Part shown: positions 47,860-57,625 of the stretch, in pieces
How positions within the stretch are numbered: position 1 is the first letter of the stretch
Layout of the letters: each line of letters opens with the position of its first letter
From: Candidatus Omnitrophota bacterium
GTDB lineage: Bacteria; Omnitrophota; Gorgyraeia; 2-01-FULL-45-10
DNA length: 64,000 nt
Assembly (NCBI GenBank): GCA_041648975.1
Contig: JBAZNZ010000008.1
Location: forward strand, 5,110-69,109
Direction of reading: 5' to 3'
Notes under the pieces: generated by a model
What the model was told of the DNA's origin: nothing
The model's input: only the letters and a program-made list of their open reading frames with translations
Database searches by the model: none
Translations under genes and position numbers: made by a program

Positions 47860-48513
47860 CTAATTAATTTCCGATTCTATCTTGCTTATCAGGCTGGCGA
47901 TATCTCTAAGCGTAGTCATCGGCAGCATCTTGGATATCTCGATATCTTTTTTCAGTGTCTTCAGGGACGTTAAGAGCCTTTTGATGACGGCCACCTTCTT
48001 CTTCCGCCGTGCCTCATCCGGTTCCAGCTCTTCACGCTGTTTTATCAACGTAGTCAGGTCCTTTTTTACCTCGCCGGCATCCTTGCCCATTTCCAGGACG
48101 TATTTCTTTATGCGGGAATAGTCTTCATGGTCGAGCGTTGATTTGTCTTTCGCAAGCCTGAGAACATTTATAGATTCATAGCTTGGTATCGAGGACGGCT
48201 CTTTCATGTCGGGATGGTCTTTCTGCAGGAAACGCGGCTCTTCCTTTTCGAGGAAATAGTAGGACTTAAGCAGTTTCAATGCCGTAGCCTTCTTTATCCC
48301 TATCTCCTTTGATGTGTAAGCGTCAAAAGTGGCATATCCCCATTCTTTATAAAGCCTGTCTTTCCAGACAGAATACAGCCCTTGCCCAAGATCTATCCAT
48401 GACGTCTTGAAGCTCTTGACGCTCTGCAGGATCCCGTACCGTATAGAGCCTTCCTCTAAGGCGCCCATCCTCTCTTCAATGCGTTCGAGAGACTTAGTCT
48501 TCATGCTGCTCAT
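47860..48513 (-). CDS. Hypothetical protein
   Basis: 217 aa, charged. No recognised domain. Confidence 0.4.
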   Translation of the reverse strand: MSSMKTKSLERIEERMGALEEGSIRYGILQSVKSFKTSWIDLGQGLYSVWKDRLYKEWGYATFDAYTSKEIGIKKATALKLLKSYYFLEKEEPRFLQKDHPDMKEPSSIPSYESINVLRLAKDKSTLDHEDYSRIKKYVLEMGKDAGEVKKDLTTLIKQREELEPDEARRKKKVAVIKRLLTSLKTLKKDIEISKMLPMTTLRDIASLISKIESEIN

Positions 48514-48605
48514 CCGTTACTCCTCTCTTTGAGCTTATTCTCTTAAGCGGATTAAATTATATCGCAAAAACGATTCTTTTTAAACTAATTAATTGCATCT
48601 TTTTA

Positions 48606-48634
48606 TTGACAACCATACCCCGCTAATTTATCAT
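48606..48634 (+). promoter_or_regulatory. Sigma70 promoter for plsC
   Basis: TTGACA, a 17-nt spacer, then TATCAT. The -10 ends 6 nt before the ATG at 48641. Confidence 0.45.
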
Positions 48635-48640
48635 ATTGAC

Positions 48641-49360
48641 ATGCTTAAAAAGATGGCATCCTCCGCATCAATATGGATCATAACTTTCACCCTTACTGCC
48701 GTTCTTTTTTTCGTGATGCTCTTCCTTACCATCATACTGTTTCCTTTCGATCGCAAAAGGAAGATCGTCCATGCACAGTGTTTCTGGTGGGCCGGCGCTG
48801 TGGTATACTCAAACCCTTACTGGACCCTTAGAGTGTCCGGCCTGGAGAACATCGATCATAAAAAAACCTACATAGTTGTCGCCAACCACCAGAGCCTCGC
48901 TGATATAGCGGTGATATATTTTACAAGGATGCAATTTAAATGGGTGGCAAAGGCTGCCCTGTTCAAAGTGCCGTTCATAGGATGGTGCATGTCGCTCGCC
49001 AGGCACATAAAACTCGCCAGAGGAAATTTCGGGAGCATCAAGAAAGTCTACAGGGAGGCTGCCGGGTGGCTGAGGAGCGGCGTTTCGGTACTGTTCTTCC
49101 CGGAAGGCACACGCAGCGGGACTGATGAGATGGGCGATTTCCAGAACGGCGCTTTCAAGCTTGCCATAAAGGAAGGCGTTCCCATACTTCCTATATCGAT
49201 CAGCGGGACCCGCGATACTATACCTAAGGGCAGCTGGATGTTCGAGACCAAAGTCGTCGGCGTCATGAAAGTCCTGCCGCCTATAGAAACAGCAGGATTC
49301 AGCCCCGCGGATTTCAGTCGTCTCAGGGACATTACCCGCTCTGCAATAGGGTCTTCTTGA
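48641..49360 (+). CDS. plsC: 1-acyl-sn-glycerol-3-phosphate acyltransferase
   Basis: VANHQSLADI (the HX4D motif) and FPEGTRS. The start is set at the ATG at 48641 inside the longer track ORF, because the promoter lies within that extension. Confidence 0.8.
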   Translation: MLKKMASSASIWIITFTLTAVLFFVMLFLTIILFPFDRKRKIVHAQCFWWAGAVVYSNPYWTLRVSGLENIDHKKTYIVVANHQSLADIAVIYFTRMQFKWVAKAALFKVPFIGWCMSLARHIKLARGNFGSIKKVYREAAGWLRSGVSVLFFPEGTRSGTDEMGDFQNGAFKLAIKEGVPILPISISGTRDTIPKGSWMFETKVVGVMKVLPPIETAGFSPADFSRLRDITRSAIGSS

Positions 49361-49361
49361 A

Positions 49362-51839
49362 CTACCGCCTGCTGTATGGCACGCGCCAAATTTCCTTAGC
49401 GTATTCCTCTATAGTCCTGTCGCTTGAAAATTTTCCGCTTTTAGCTACGTTGATGATAGACTTCTTCGTCCATTCCATCTGGTCTATATACAGTTTGGAG
49501 ACAGAATCCTGCGTCTTGCAATAGTCATCAAAATCAGCGCATACGAAGAAATAGTCCATATGCACCAGTGACTGCACCATGGGATCGAACAGGCCGAATT
49601 CTACCGGCGATAGAAAATTACTATTGATCAGATGGAATATCTCGCCAAGGTTCGGGGAACGGTCTATATAATCCTGCGGCTTGTAACCTTGCTCCCTTAT
49701 CTTTTCGATCTCCTGTGCCTTGAGGCCGAAGATGAATATGTTATCATGGCCCACCGCTTTCCCGATCTCGATGTTGGCGCCGTCGAGCGTTCCTATGGTC
49801 AGCGCCCCGTTTACCATGAACTTCATGCAGCCGGTACCTGAAGCCTCCATGCCCGCGGTGGATATCTGCTCGGAAAGGTCGCTTGCGGGGAATATCTTCT
49901 CGGCCAGCGAAACCTGGTAGTTCTCCAGGAAGACGACTTTCATCTTGTCGCCTATTGCCTTGTCCTTGTTGATGACATCGGCAACGCTGTTTATGAATTT
50001 TATCACAAGCTTTGCCATGTAATATCCGGGCGCAGCCTTGCCGCTGAAGATAAAAGTCCGCGGGACAAAAGGCGTCTTCGGGTCTTTCTTCAGCCTGATA
50101 TATTGCGATAGTATATAAAATGCGAGAAGGACCTGCCGCTTATATTCATGCAGCCTCTTCACCTGGATGTCATACATAGAATGCGCGTCGATACTTATTC
50201 CGGTGGTCTTATGGATATGCTCGGCAAGCCTCTTCTTGTTGTCAGACTTTACCTTTTGCCATTTCTCACGGAAAGAAGCGTCATCCTTCAGGGGGAGGAG
50301 TTTTTCAAGCTGAAAAAGGTCCGTTATCCAGCTGTCACCTATCGCCTCTGTTATCAAACCCGACAGGCCCGGATTAGACTCTTTCAGCCAACGCCGCTGG
50401 GTAATCCCGTTAGTTTTATTATTGAATTTTTCCGGCCATAATTCGTAAAAATCCCTGAATAGGCGCGTCTTCAAAAGATCCGAATGGAGTTCGGAGACCC
50501 CGTTCACCGAATACGTGCCCACAAGCGCAAGGTGTCCCATTCTGATCTTCTTAGTGTCTGCCTCCTCTATGATCGACATCCTTCTCAAGCGATCGTTGTC
50601 GCCCGGGAATTCTGCCGCCACTTCCTGTAAAAATCTGAAATTGATCTCATAGATTATCTGCATATGCCGGGGAAGAAGTTTCTCAAAGAGAGGCACGGGC
50701 CACTGCTCTAGCGCTTCCGGCATAATAGTGTGGTTTGTGTAGGCAAATGTGTTGACGGTGATATCCCATGCGGCATTCCATCCCATATGCTCTTCGTCTA
50801 CGAGTATCCTCATCAACTCGGCTATGGCTATGGACGGATGTGTGTCGTTCAACTGGATGGCGACTTTCTCAGGCAGCGTCTTCAAATCGCGGTTCTCGCT
50901 CTTAAACCGCCTTATTATGTCGGAAATGGAAGCCGCCGTGAAAAAATACTCCTGTTTTAATCGGAGCTCCTTGCCCTGGCTGACATTGTCGTTTGGATAT
51001 AATACTTTTGAGATGTTCTCCGTCAACACCTTGTTATACACGGCCCTCTCATAATCCCCGTGATTAAAATAACTGAGGTCGAAATCCTCGGAACTGCGCG
51101 CGGACCACAGCCTGAGCGTATTGACGACGTCATTACTGTAACCGGACACAGGCACGTCGTACGGCATCGCAAGCACGTCATCTGTATCTACCCAGTTAGC
51201 GCGGAGGTTACCTTTCTCATCATGGGTCATAAAGGTATGGCCGTAATAACGGACCTTTACGGTATATTCCGGCCTTTGGAATTCCCACGGGTTCCCGAGC
51301 CTTAGCCACTCATCGGGAAACTCGACCTGATATCCGTTAATTATCTTCTGGTGGAATATGCCGTACTCATAACGGATCCCGTATCCATGAGCCGGAATAC
51401 CGAGCATGGCCATGGAATCCAGAAAGCAGGCCGCGAGCCTCCCGAGCCCCGCGTTCCCGAGCCCGGCATCTGCCTCACACTCCATCAAATCGGCCATGTC
51501 AAGGCCCATATCCTTAAGAGCGTCTTTAGTCTGGTTCCAAAGGCCGAGATTGATCATATTGGTCCCCAGAAGACGCCCTATCAAGAATTCCATGGACAGA
51601 TAATAGACCCTCTTGAGGTTTTCTCTGTGGTATCTCTGTTGGGTAGATATCCAGCGCTCTACGATCCTGTCCCTTATAGCGATCGAAGTAGCGACAAAAT
51701 CATCGTACAGAGTCGCAGTGTATTTGTCTTTGGCCAGCGCGTACTCCCTGTTTGCCGTGAAAGACAACCTGATGCCGTTCTTGGTCATGTCCTTGAATAT
51801 TATAGCGGTCCCGTGAGCCTCTTTCTTTTTTTCTTTCAT
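49362..51839 (-). CDS. glgP: Glycogen/alpha-glucan phosphorylase
   Basis: EASGTGCMKFMVNGALTIGTLDGANIE pyridoxal-phosphate site. 825 aa. Confidence 0.9.
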   Translation of the reverse strand: MKEKKKEAHGTAIIFKDMTKNGIRLSFTANREYALAKDKYTATLYDDFVATSIAIRDRIVERWISTQQRYHRENLKRVYYLSMEFLIGRLLGTNMINLGLWNQTKDALKDMGLDMADLMECEADAGLGNAGLGRLAACFLDSMAMLGIPAHGYGIRYEYGIFHQKIINGYQVEFPDEWLRLGNPWEFQRPEYTVKVRYYGHTFMTHDEKGNLRANWVDTDDVLAMPYDVPVSGYSNDVVNTLRLWSARSSEDFDLSYFNHGDYERAVYNKVLTENISKVLYPNDNVSQGKELRLKQEYFFTAASISDIIRRFKSENRDLKTLPEKVAIQLNDTHPSIAIAELMRILVDEEHMGWNAAWDITVNTFAYTNHTIMPEALEQWPVPLFEKLLPRHMQIIYEINFRFLQEVAAEFPGDNDRLRRMSIIEEADTKKIRMGHLALVGTYSVNGVSELHSDLLKTRLFRDFYELWPEKFNNKTNGITQRRWLKESNPGLSGLITEAIGDSWITDLFQLEKLLPLKDDASFREKWQKVKSDNKKRLAEHIHKTTGISIDAHSMYDIQVKRLHEYKRQVLLAFYILSQYIRLKKDPKTPFVPRTFIFSGKAAPGYYMAKLVIKFINSVADVINKDKAIGDKMKVVFLENYQVSLAEKIFPASDLSEQISTAGMEASGTGCMKFMVNGALTIGTLDGANIEIGKAVGHDNIFIFGLKAQEIEKIREQGYKPQDYIDRSPNLGEIFHLINSNFLSPVEFGLFDPMVQSLVHMDYFFVCADFDDYCKTQDSVSKLYIDQMEWTKKSIINVAKSGKFSSDRTIEEYAKEIWRVPYSRR

Positions 51840-51840
51840 T

Positions 51841-52701
51841 TTATACCTCGCTCTTTATTTGGATACCATCGTATTCTATCACGTCCGCATTAAGTATGCA
51901 ATCCATCCGGAAATTTCTCTCCTCATTCTTCATGTGGCAGTGGGCGATTACGTATGACCTGTCATAACCGCTGCGTATCTCTTTGGGGGTTATGATGCGC
52001 TCGGTAACACTGTTGGTCCAGGCAGAGCGGTAAGTTATGTTCAGGCTCTTCTCTTCCCTGATCGCTTTTTCAATAAGCCTCGTCTTGTAATCTTTTACCT
52101 TTCTGGCGAATGGCGCTTTATTGGTCTTGACGAAGACTATGTCGTCGATCAGGGTTATGCCTTCCTTATCCATTATCTTGAGTTCTTTTTTGAATACCGC
52201 AAGCGTCATCTTGACATCCGACAATGCCCTGTGCTCACCCTCGGCACTGATGTTAAGCGTCCGCGCGACATTGCCTAGATTATACCTTCCGATCCCGGGA
52301 AAGAGTCTGCGCGCGAGCCTAAGCGCGTCAATCACATAATAATCTTTCAGCAGGTCTTTATCTCTGCCGAGGGCATACTCTATGAAACCTATATCGAATC
52401 CTGCGTTATAAGCCACGAGGGCGCTGCCTTTGATGAATTTTAAAAAGAAAGGCAGGATCTCGTCTATTGTCGGTTTGCCCGCTACCATCTCGTCGGTAAT
52501 TTTATTTACTAAAGAAGCGCCGTACGATATCGGCCTCTGCGGGTCCACAAGGGAATGCAATGTCTTCGGAGTTCGTTTGCCCGGATCGATCCTCACCGCC
52601 GCTATCTCGCATATCCTATCGCCGGAATACGGATATAGGCCGGTCGTTTCGACGTCGAATACCGTAAATGAAACATCCTTAATCTTAAGTTTGCCGCTCA
52701 T
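51841..52701 (-). CDS. DEDDh 3'-5' exonuclease (DnaQ-like) fused to a C-terminal WYL-like domain
   Basis: FTVFDVETTGL (Exo I), ALVAYNAGFDIGF (Exo II) and HRALSDV (Exo III). The C-terminus ERIITPKEI...YVIAHCHMKNEERNFRMDCI fits a WYL pattern. Confidence 0.7.
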   Translation of the reverse strand: MSGKLKIKDVSFTVFDVETTGLYPYSGDRICEIAAVRIDPGKRTPKTLHSLVDPQRPISYGASLVNKITDEMVAGKPTIDEILPFFLKFIKGSALVAYNAGFDIGFIEYALGRDKDLLKDYYVIDALRLARRLFPGIGRYNLGNVARTLNISAEGEHRALSDVKMTLAVFKKELKIMDKEGITLIDDIVFVKTNKAPFARKVKDYKTRLIEKAIREEKSLNITYRSAWTNSVTERIITPKEIRSGYDRSYVIAHCHMKNEERNFRMDCILNADVIEYDGIQIKSEV

Positions 52702-52707
52702 TGCCTG

Positions 52708-53697
52708 TCACCCTGCCAGATCTATGCCGGATACGCGCCTTCCGCGACGGCGCAAGACCGATCTGTATACATAATCTGCCACTGCAACGTCCTGGACCGC
52801 AAGTCCGGTCGAGTCGAAGATCGTAATATCTTCTTGCGACCTCCGCCCTTTCTTCTTTTTTGCTATGACCTCGCCTAAAGTAGAGCGTATATCGGATATC
52901 TTTATCATCTTCTCGGCTATAGGGACGTTTATTTCGCCGCTGTGGCTAGCCTGAATTACGTCGTCAACGAATATTCCGGCCTTCTTAAATATGGCCGGAT
53001 CTAGCTCCTCTTTGCCTTTCGCATCCGCGCCGATCGCGTTGATGTGCGTGCCCGGCGAGATCCACCTTGCGTCTATTATAGGCCTGCGCGATGGCGTGCT
53101 GGTTACGACGATGTCCTTGCCGCGTACGCACTCTTCAATATTATCGCATATCCTGAATTTGAGACCTGCGAGTTTGGTCCTCTTCACGAACAATGCCGCC
53201 CGGGCCCTGTCCGTATCGTAGACATCAACTGTTTTGAGCCGGAATATCTCTATGAGCGCAAGGAACTGGTTTGCGGCCTGGACGCCACAACCGACGAATC
53301 CTGCCGAGGACGATCGCCGTCTTGCCAGGTATTTTGCGGCTATTCCGCCGGCAGCGCCTGTACGGAGACTTGTGATGTAAGTTCCGTCCATTATGGCCAG
53401 AGGAAGCCCTGTTTTCGGGGAACTTACTATTATTACGGCCATCACGGACGGTAGTCCGCGAGACCTATTCCCGGGATGGACATTGACCCACTTTATTCCG
53501 CAGGCCTCCATCCCGCCTATGTAGGCGGGCATGGCCCGGAAATCTCCGTGATACTTATCAAGGTGTATGTATATCTTGGCCGGCATCTGTACTCGACCCA
53601 GGCCGTGGGCATGAAATACATCCTCCACTATATTCATGGCCCGGCGCATACTGACCAGCGGGACGATCCGGCTGCGCGGTATCATTAACGTCTTCAT
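52708..53697 (-). CDS. Ornithine cyclodeaminase / mu-crystallin family protein
   Basis: Rossmann motif GFVGCGVQA and a family-typical N-terminus. Confidence 0.8.
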   Translation of the reverse strand: MKTLMIPRSRIVPLVSMRRAMNIVEDVFHAHGLGRVQMPAKIYIHLDKYHGDFRAMPAYIGGMEACGIKWVNVHPGNRSRGLPSVMAVIIVSSPKTGLPLAIMDGTYITSLRTGAAGGIAAKYLARRRSSSAGFVGCGVQAANQFLALIEIFRLKTVDVYDTDRARAALFVKRTKLAGLKFRICDNIEECVRGKDIVVTSTPSRRPIIDARWISPGTHINAIGADAKGKEELDPAIFKKAGIFVDDVIQASHSGEINVPIAEKMIKISDIRSTLGEVIAKKKKGRRSQEDITIFDSTGLAVQDVAVADYVYRSVLRRRGRRVSGIDLAG

Positions 53698-53776
53698 GCG
53701 CTATTCTTTCGTGCGCTATTAGCCGTCATCGTTTCGCTTACAAAATGCGGTTTCTTAAAACGCTCTACATCCATAT

Positions 53777-54727
53777 CTAGTCCAGGTCCGTTCCTTTAAG
53801 GCTTTCGTAAAAGGCCCTGTAGTTTTCCTTCTTGTCGCCGGAACGCAATTCCATCGCCGCCTTGGGATGCTCATTGAGCATACCTGCAATGGCGTACGGT
53901 ATGACATAACCCCATTCCAGCTTTTTGCTGAGCGGGATGAACTCTTCGGATATGAGATCCAGTATAGGGCGGATATCGTACTTGGGGTTCTTCAGGAAGC
54001 CGATCAATAGTTCGAGAGGACAATTGCCCGCGGCCCGGCCGAGGCCGAAGACCGTGCCGTCGACATAGTTCGCGTCGTGTATTATAGCTTCGATGGTGTT
54101 GCAAAACGCGAGCTGCTGGTTATTGTGCGCGTGCATGCCCACCTCTTTCGTCTTTAGTATGCTCTTCGCCTTCTTTACCAGGAATTCGGTCGACTCCTGG
54201 TAGAGCGCGCCGTAGCTGTCGACTATGTAGACGACCTCGGCCCTAGACTCTTTTTCGAGCTGTTCGAGGGCCTCGTTCAACTCGTTATCGAGGGCCTTGG
54301 ATATTGCCATGATATTCACGGTCGTCTCATAGCCTTTATCCGCGAAGTGATTGACGAGGTATATGGCCTTGTCGATATCCTTTACGTATGAAGCCACCCG
54401 TATCATATCTACAGGGCTTTCTTTACACGGCTTTATGTCGTCTATGTCTACGCGGCCAACATCGACCATGACGGAGATCTTCGTCTCGGATTCTACGCCG
54501 TGTATGACATTCTTTATGTCATCGTCGTCGCAGAACTTCCAGTCGCCGTACTCTTTCGGAGAGAAAAGGCTTTTGGAATTCTTGTACCCGACTTCCATGT
54601 AATCGACGCCGGCCTCGGCAAGGCCCTTATATACGGCCCTTACGAATTTCAAGTCGAACTTGTGGTTATTGATAAGCCCGCCGTCCCTTATGGTGCAATC
54701 GACCACTTTTATCTTTTCCCTGAACAT
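53777..54727 (-). CDS. HMGL-like (pyruvate carboxyltransferase, DRE-TIM) aldolase-family protein
   Basis: VVDCTIRDGG N-terminal motif. Confidence 0.65.
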   Translation of the reverse strand: MFREKIKVVDCTIRDGGLINNHKFDLKFVRAVYKGLAEAGVDYMEVGYKNSKSLFSPKEYGDWKFCDDDDIKNVIHGVESETKISVMVDVGRVDIDDIKPCKESPVDMIRVASYVKDIDKAIYLVNHFADKGYETTVNIMAISKALDNELNEALEQLEKESRAEVVYIVDSYGALYQESTEFLVKKAKSILKTKEVGMHAHNNQQLAFCNTIEAIIHDANYVDGTVFGLGRAAGNCPLELLIGFLKNPKYDIRPILDLISEEFIPLSKKLEWGYVIPYAIAGMLNEHPKAAMELRSGDKKENYRAFYESLKGTDLD

Positions 54728-54777
54728 CTTTATCTCCTGTTTTATTACCTCAATAGGGGCAGGTCATGACCTGCCCC

Positions 54778-55167
54778 CTACCTGACTGATACCGTAAACG
54801 TCGCTTTCTTCGCGGGGGCGACGTCTTTTTCCCATGGCCTGGCGTATTTCATCACTATGCAGGTTTTCCCCGGGCCGAGGGCCCTGAACGTCCAGACCTC
54901 TTTTCCGCCGGCTCCGACCAGCTTCCCGCCCAACGCTATATACTCCGAACTCTTGAATTCTATTATATTCTCGCTGAGCGGCTCAGCTATCTGCCACTCA
55001 AAACCCGTGGTCTTGTTCGATTCAAGAGTTATGACCGCATCTTTGCCGGCCTCGGCTTCGATCGCCAGCGATGGATCGGTAAAGGCTTCCTGATTATCCG
55101 CCGCCTGGCTCCACCCGATAGCCGCTATCATTAGTATCAAGCCAAAAACTATCCCCCTTGCCATCAT
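54778..55167 (-). CDS. Chagasin-family (I42) cysteine-peptidase inhibitor, secreted
   Basis: Signal peptide, NKTTGFEWQ (NPTTGY-like) and YARPWE motifs. Confidence 0.7.
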   Translation of the reverse strand: MMARGIVFGLILMIAAIGWSQAADNQEAFTDPSLAIEAEAGKDAVITLESNKTTGFEWQIAEPLSENIIEFKSSEYIALGGKLVGAGGKEVWTFRALGPGKTCIVMKYARPWEKDVAPAKKATFTVSVR

Positions 55168-55179
55168 ATCCTCCCGTCG

Positions 55180-55593
55180 TCAGTTAGCCCCTTTAATATT
55201 GATCTTGCCCTGTCCGCTCAGCATCTTATCGATTATCCTTGTGGAGGGCATATTTATCGTCTTGTCATTCGAGTATACCGAAAAAAGATTAAGGGCCCTG
55301 AGATAATCGAGCCCCATCACTTCGAGCGCGCCGTCGTATTGCTTCTTCAGCTTTTCCATATATTCGGTAATAAATCTCTGTTTTTGAAGGTCTGTAAGCA
55401 GGTACCACTCTTTCATAGTTACTTTAGAACCGTCCCATCGCGCTTTATCTTTCGGGAAGAAGAAGACCTCGGGCATGTCGTTTTCATCGTAAGAATATAT
55501 GCTTCCTTCAGGACCGGGCGCGTTATACTGCTCCTCCGCAGACACCCCTGCGGAATAAAATGCCAGCATTATTATCACCATCATTATACGCAT
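55180..55593 (-). CDS. Hypothetical secreted protein
   Basis: Signal peptide. No recognised domain. Confidence 0.4.
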   Translation of the reverse strand: MRIMMVIIMLAFYSAGVSAEEQYNAPGPEGSIYSYDENDMPEVFFFPKDKARWDGSKVTMKEWYLLTDLQKQRFITEYMEKLKKQYDGALEVMGLDYLRALNLFSVYSNDKTINMPSTRIIDKMLSGQGKINIKGAN

Positions 55594-55631
55594 TGAAGAT
55601 AATTATATCATTTATACGGCAGGAAGTTAAG

Positions 55632-55671
55632 AAAAAATAAACCCCGCCGTCTATTTCATCATTCGGCGGGG
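55632..55671 (-). terminator. Rho-independent terminator
   Basis: Stem ccccgccg / cggcgggg with a 14-nt loop, followed by UUUAUUUUUU on the minus strand. Confidence 0.55.
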
Positions 55672-55721
55672 CGCCTTATATGATCAACGCGCTCTCCAGA
55701 AAACGCGATATATACGCCGCG

Positions 55722-56012
55722 CTACAGGGAGCGTTTTACGGCATTAAAACTTAATAAGATATTACCCTCTTCTTTTACCGCGCGCACATCCCTTGAGCTT
55801 TGCAAAAGCGGCCCGTATACCTGCAGGGAAGTTCCATGATAATAATTCCGGATATCATTGTCATTCTTGACTTCGGCGTGACAGGGAGCGGATTGAAAAA
55901 CTTTTAAATATTGAGGAGCATCGCAGGTAATGCTGTTTTCCGCCATATTCATTGCGTGTAAACAGCTGCAAAAAAATAGCAATGCGGAGCTTATGACTAC
56001 CACCCTTTTCAC
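55722..56012 (-). CDS. Hypothetical secreted Cys-containing protein
   Basis: Signal peptide. 96 aa. Confidence 0.35.
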   Translation of the reverse strand: MKRVVVISSALLFFCSCLHAMNMAENSITCDAPQYLKVFQSAPCHAEVKNDNDIRNYYHGTSLQVYGPLLQSSRDVRAVKEEGNILLSFNAVKRSL

Positions 56013-56131
56013 TTTATCCTTTCTGTAGTTAAAGATAAAATGATGCCGTGAAGCTCGTCCGCCAAAAAAAACCTCTTATGAAGTATACATGGTAATCTTA
56101 TTTTTGACAAGCCTGCGGCAAAAATAAACGG

Positions 56132-57604
56132 CTAAATAATGAATTTTGACTTTTTGACCAGCGGATTACCGATTATATCGCGCTCCACGTCTTTTGCTAA
56201 ACCCGGCTTGTTTAATTTGTAGTACATATAATTCTTGTAACCTTCCACGCCAGGCTGGTCAAAGGCGTTAACCCCCAGCAATTCGCCCTCGAACGCTGTC
56301 GCCATCTCAAAAAAGAATAGCAGCCCTCCCCAATAATACGGAGAGACTTTTGGCAGAGTAATCGTGCAGGAGGGCCTCGACTCTTTGCTTAGCGCCCATT
56401 CGGTAGCCTCCTGGGCAAGCGAAAGAAGCGCGGAATACCGCCTGCCGGACATTATATCACCCGATCCGGGGATCGTTATCTCATGCCTGAATCTGCGCAC
56501 TTTGATGAACGTCACGGCCTTATTATTCTCACCTTCGATGTTATTTTGCTGTATGGAGTGCAGGTCATTCGTGCCGCGCGAAGGTATCGGGGTCCTTCCT
56601 ACGTTCAGTATCGACGCTTTGTTGTTCTCCCACCTTTCCCGGCCGTCTTTCTGAACAACGATCTTCCTGCGGTATTTCTTCCCGAGACTTTCGGCCAGAA
56701 GCTGCACATACCAATCCGCGGTCGATTTGAGCGTTTCCGAGAAAGGCATCAAAATAGATATCGGCTTATTCTTCTTTTTATAAAGGATCGTGTGTAGGGC
56801 GGCGTACATAAGAGCCGGGTTGGCGAATATGTCCTGCTTCATGCAGAGCCTTGCCATAGATCCGGCGCCGCCCAGAACCTCCCGTATGTCGATACCGACG
56901 ATCGCCATGTGAAGCAGCCCTATATTCAACTCAGAGAACCTGCCGCCGACCCCTTTTAATACAGGCAGGTCACGAAAACTCATGCGATCCTTCGCCTGTT
57001 CGGCAGATACGCGCTTCCTCAACGTTCCGGAATTCGGGTCAGTTATAGCGAATACCTGAGCGCCGTAGCGATCGCCCGCATTCGTTTTCAGCCAATCCTC
57101 GATAACGGTAAAGGCGGCCTTAGTCTCTGTCGTCTCGCCCGACTTGGATATGACTATCACGAATGTCTTTTTAGCTTTAAGGTTGTTCAGGAGGGATTTA
57201 AGCGTATCCGGATCGAGATTGTTCCCGTCAAAATATATTCTGGGCCTGTCTTTACGAGCCTTATCGAATTCGTTATAATATGGCGGACAGAGGGCATCCT
57301 GAGCCGCTTTCAGGCCAAGATATGACCCCCCTATGCCAAGAGAGATGACATTCTCGTACCTTCCGGCGATCGCGTCCCCCATCTTCTGAATGGCGTTCAC
57401 CTCATCCTTGTGTTGGAAAGGAAGTTGGGCCCATTCAAGCCCGAGATCGATGCGGCTAGGCCCATCCGATATGAGCTTCACGACATGCCGGTATGCTTTT
57501 TTAACGGCTGCTGACATTGAAGCCAGGTCGGTCTCAGTTACCCCGTGACGTTTTTCTATGTTGTGGCTGAAGATGTTGTTAAAATCGAATTGAATATTCT
57601 CCAT
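56132..57604 (-). CDS. pgi: Glucose-6-phosphate isomerase
   Basis: ISKSGETTET, GGRFSE and SIS domains. Confidence 0.85.
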   Translation of the reverse strand: MENIQFDFNNIFSHNIEKRHGVTETDLASMSAAVKKAYRHVVKLISDGPSRIDLGLEWAQLPFQHKDEVNAIQKMGDAIAGRYENVISLGIGGSYLGLKAAQDALCPPYYNEFDKARKDRPRIYFDGNNLDPDTLKSLLNNLKAKKTFVIVISKSGETTETKAAFTVIEDWLKTNAGDRYGAQVFAITDPNSGTLRKRVSAEQAKDRMSFRDLPVLKGVGGRFSELNIGLLHMAIVGIDIREVLGGAGSMARLCMKQDIFANPALMYAALHTILYKKKNKPISILMPFSETLKSTADWYVQLLAESLGKKYRRKIVVQKDGRERWENNKASILNVGRTPIPSRGTNDLHSIQQNNIEGENNKAVTFIKVRRFRHEITIPGSGDIMSGRRYSALLSLAQEATEWALSKESRPSCTITLPKVSPYYWGGLLFFFEMATAFEGELLGVNAFDQPGVEGYKNYMYYKLNKPGLAKDVERDIIGNPLVKKSKFII

Positions 57605-57625
57605 ATCGCCTCCTTTTTTTAACGG

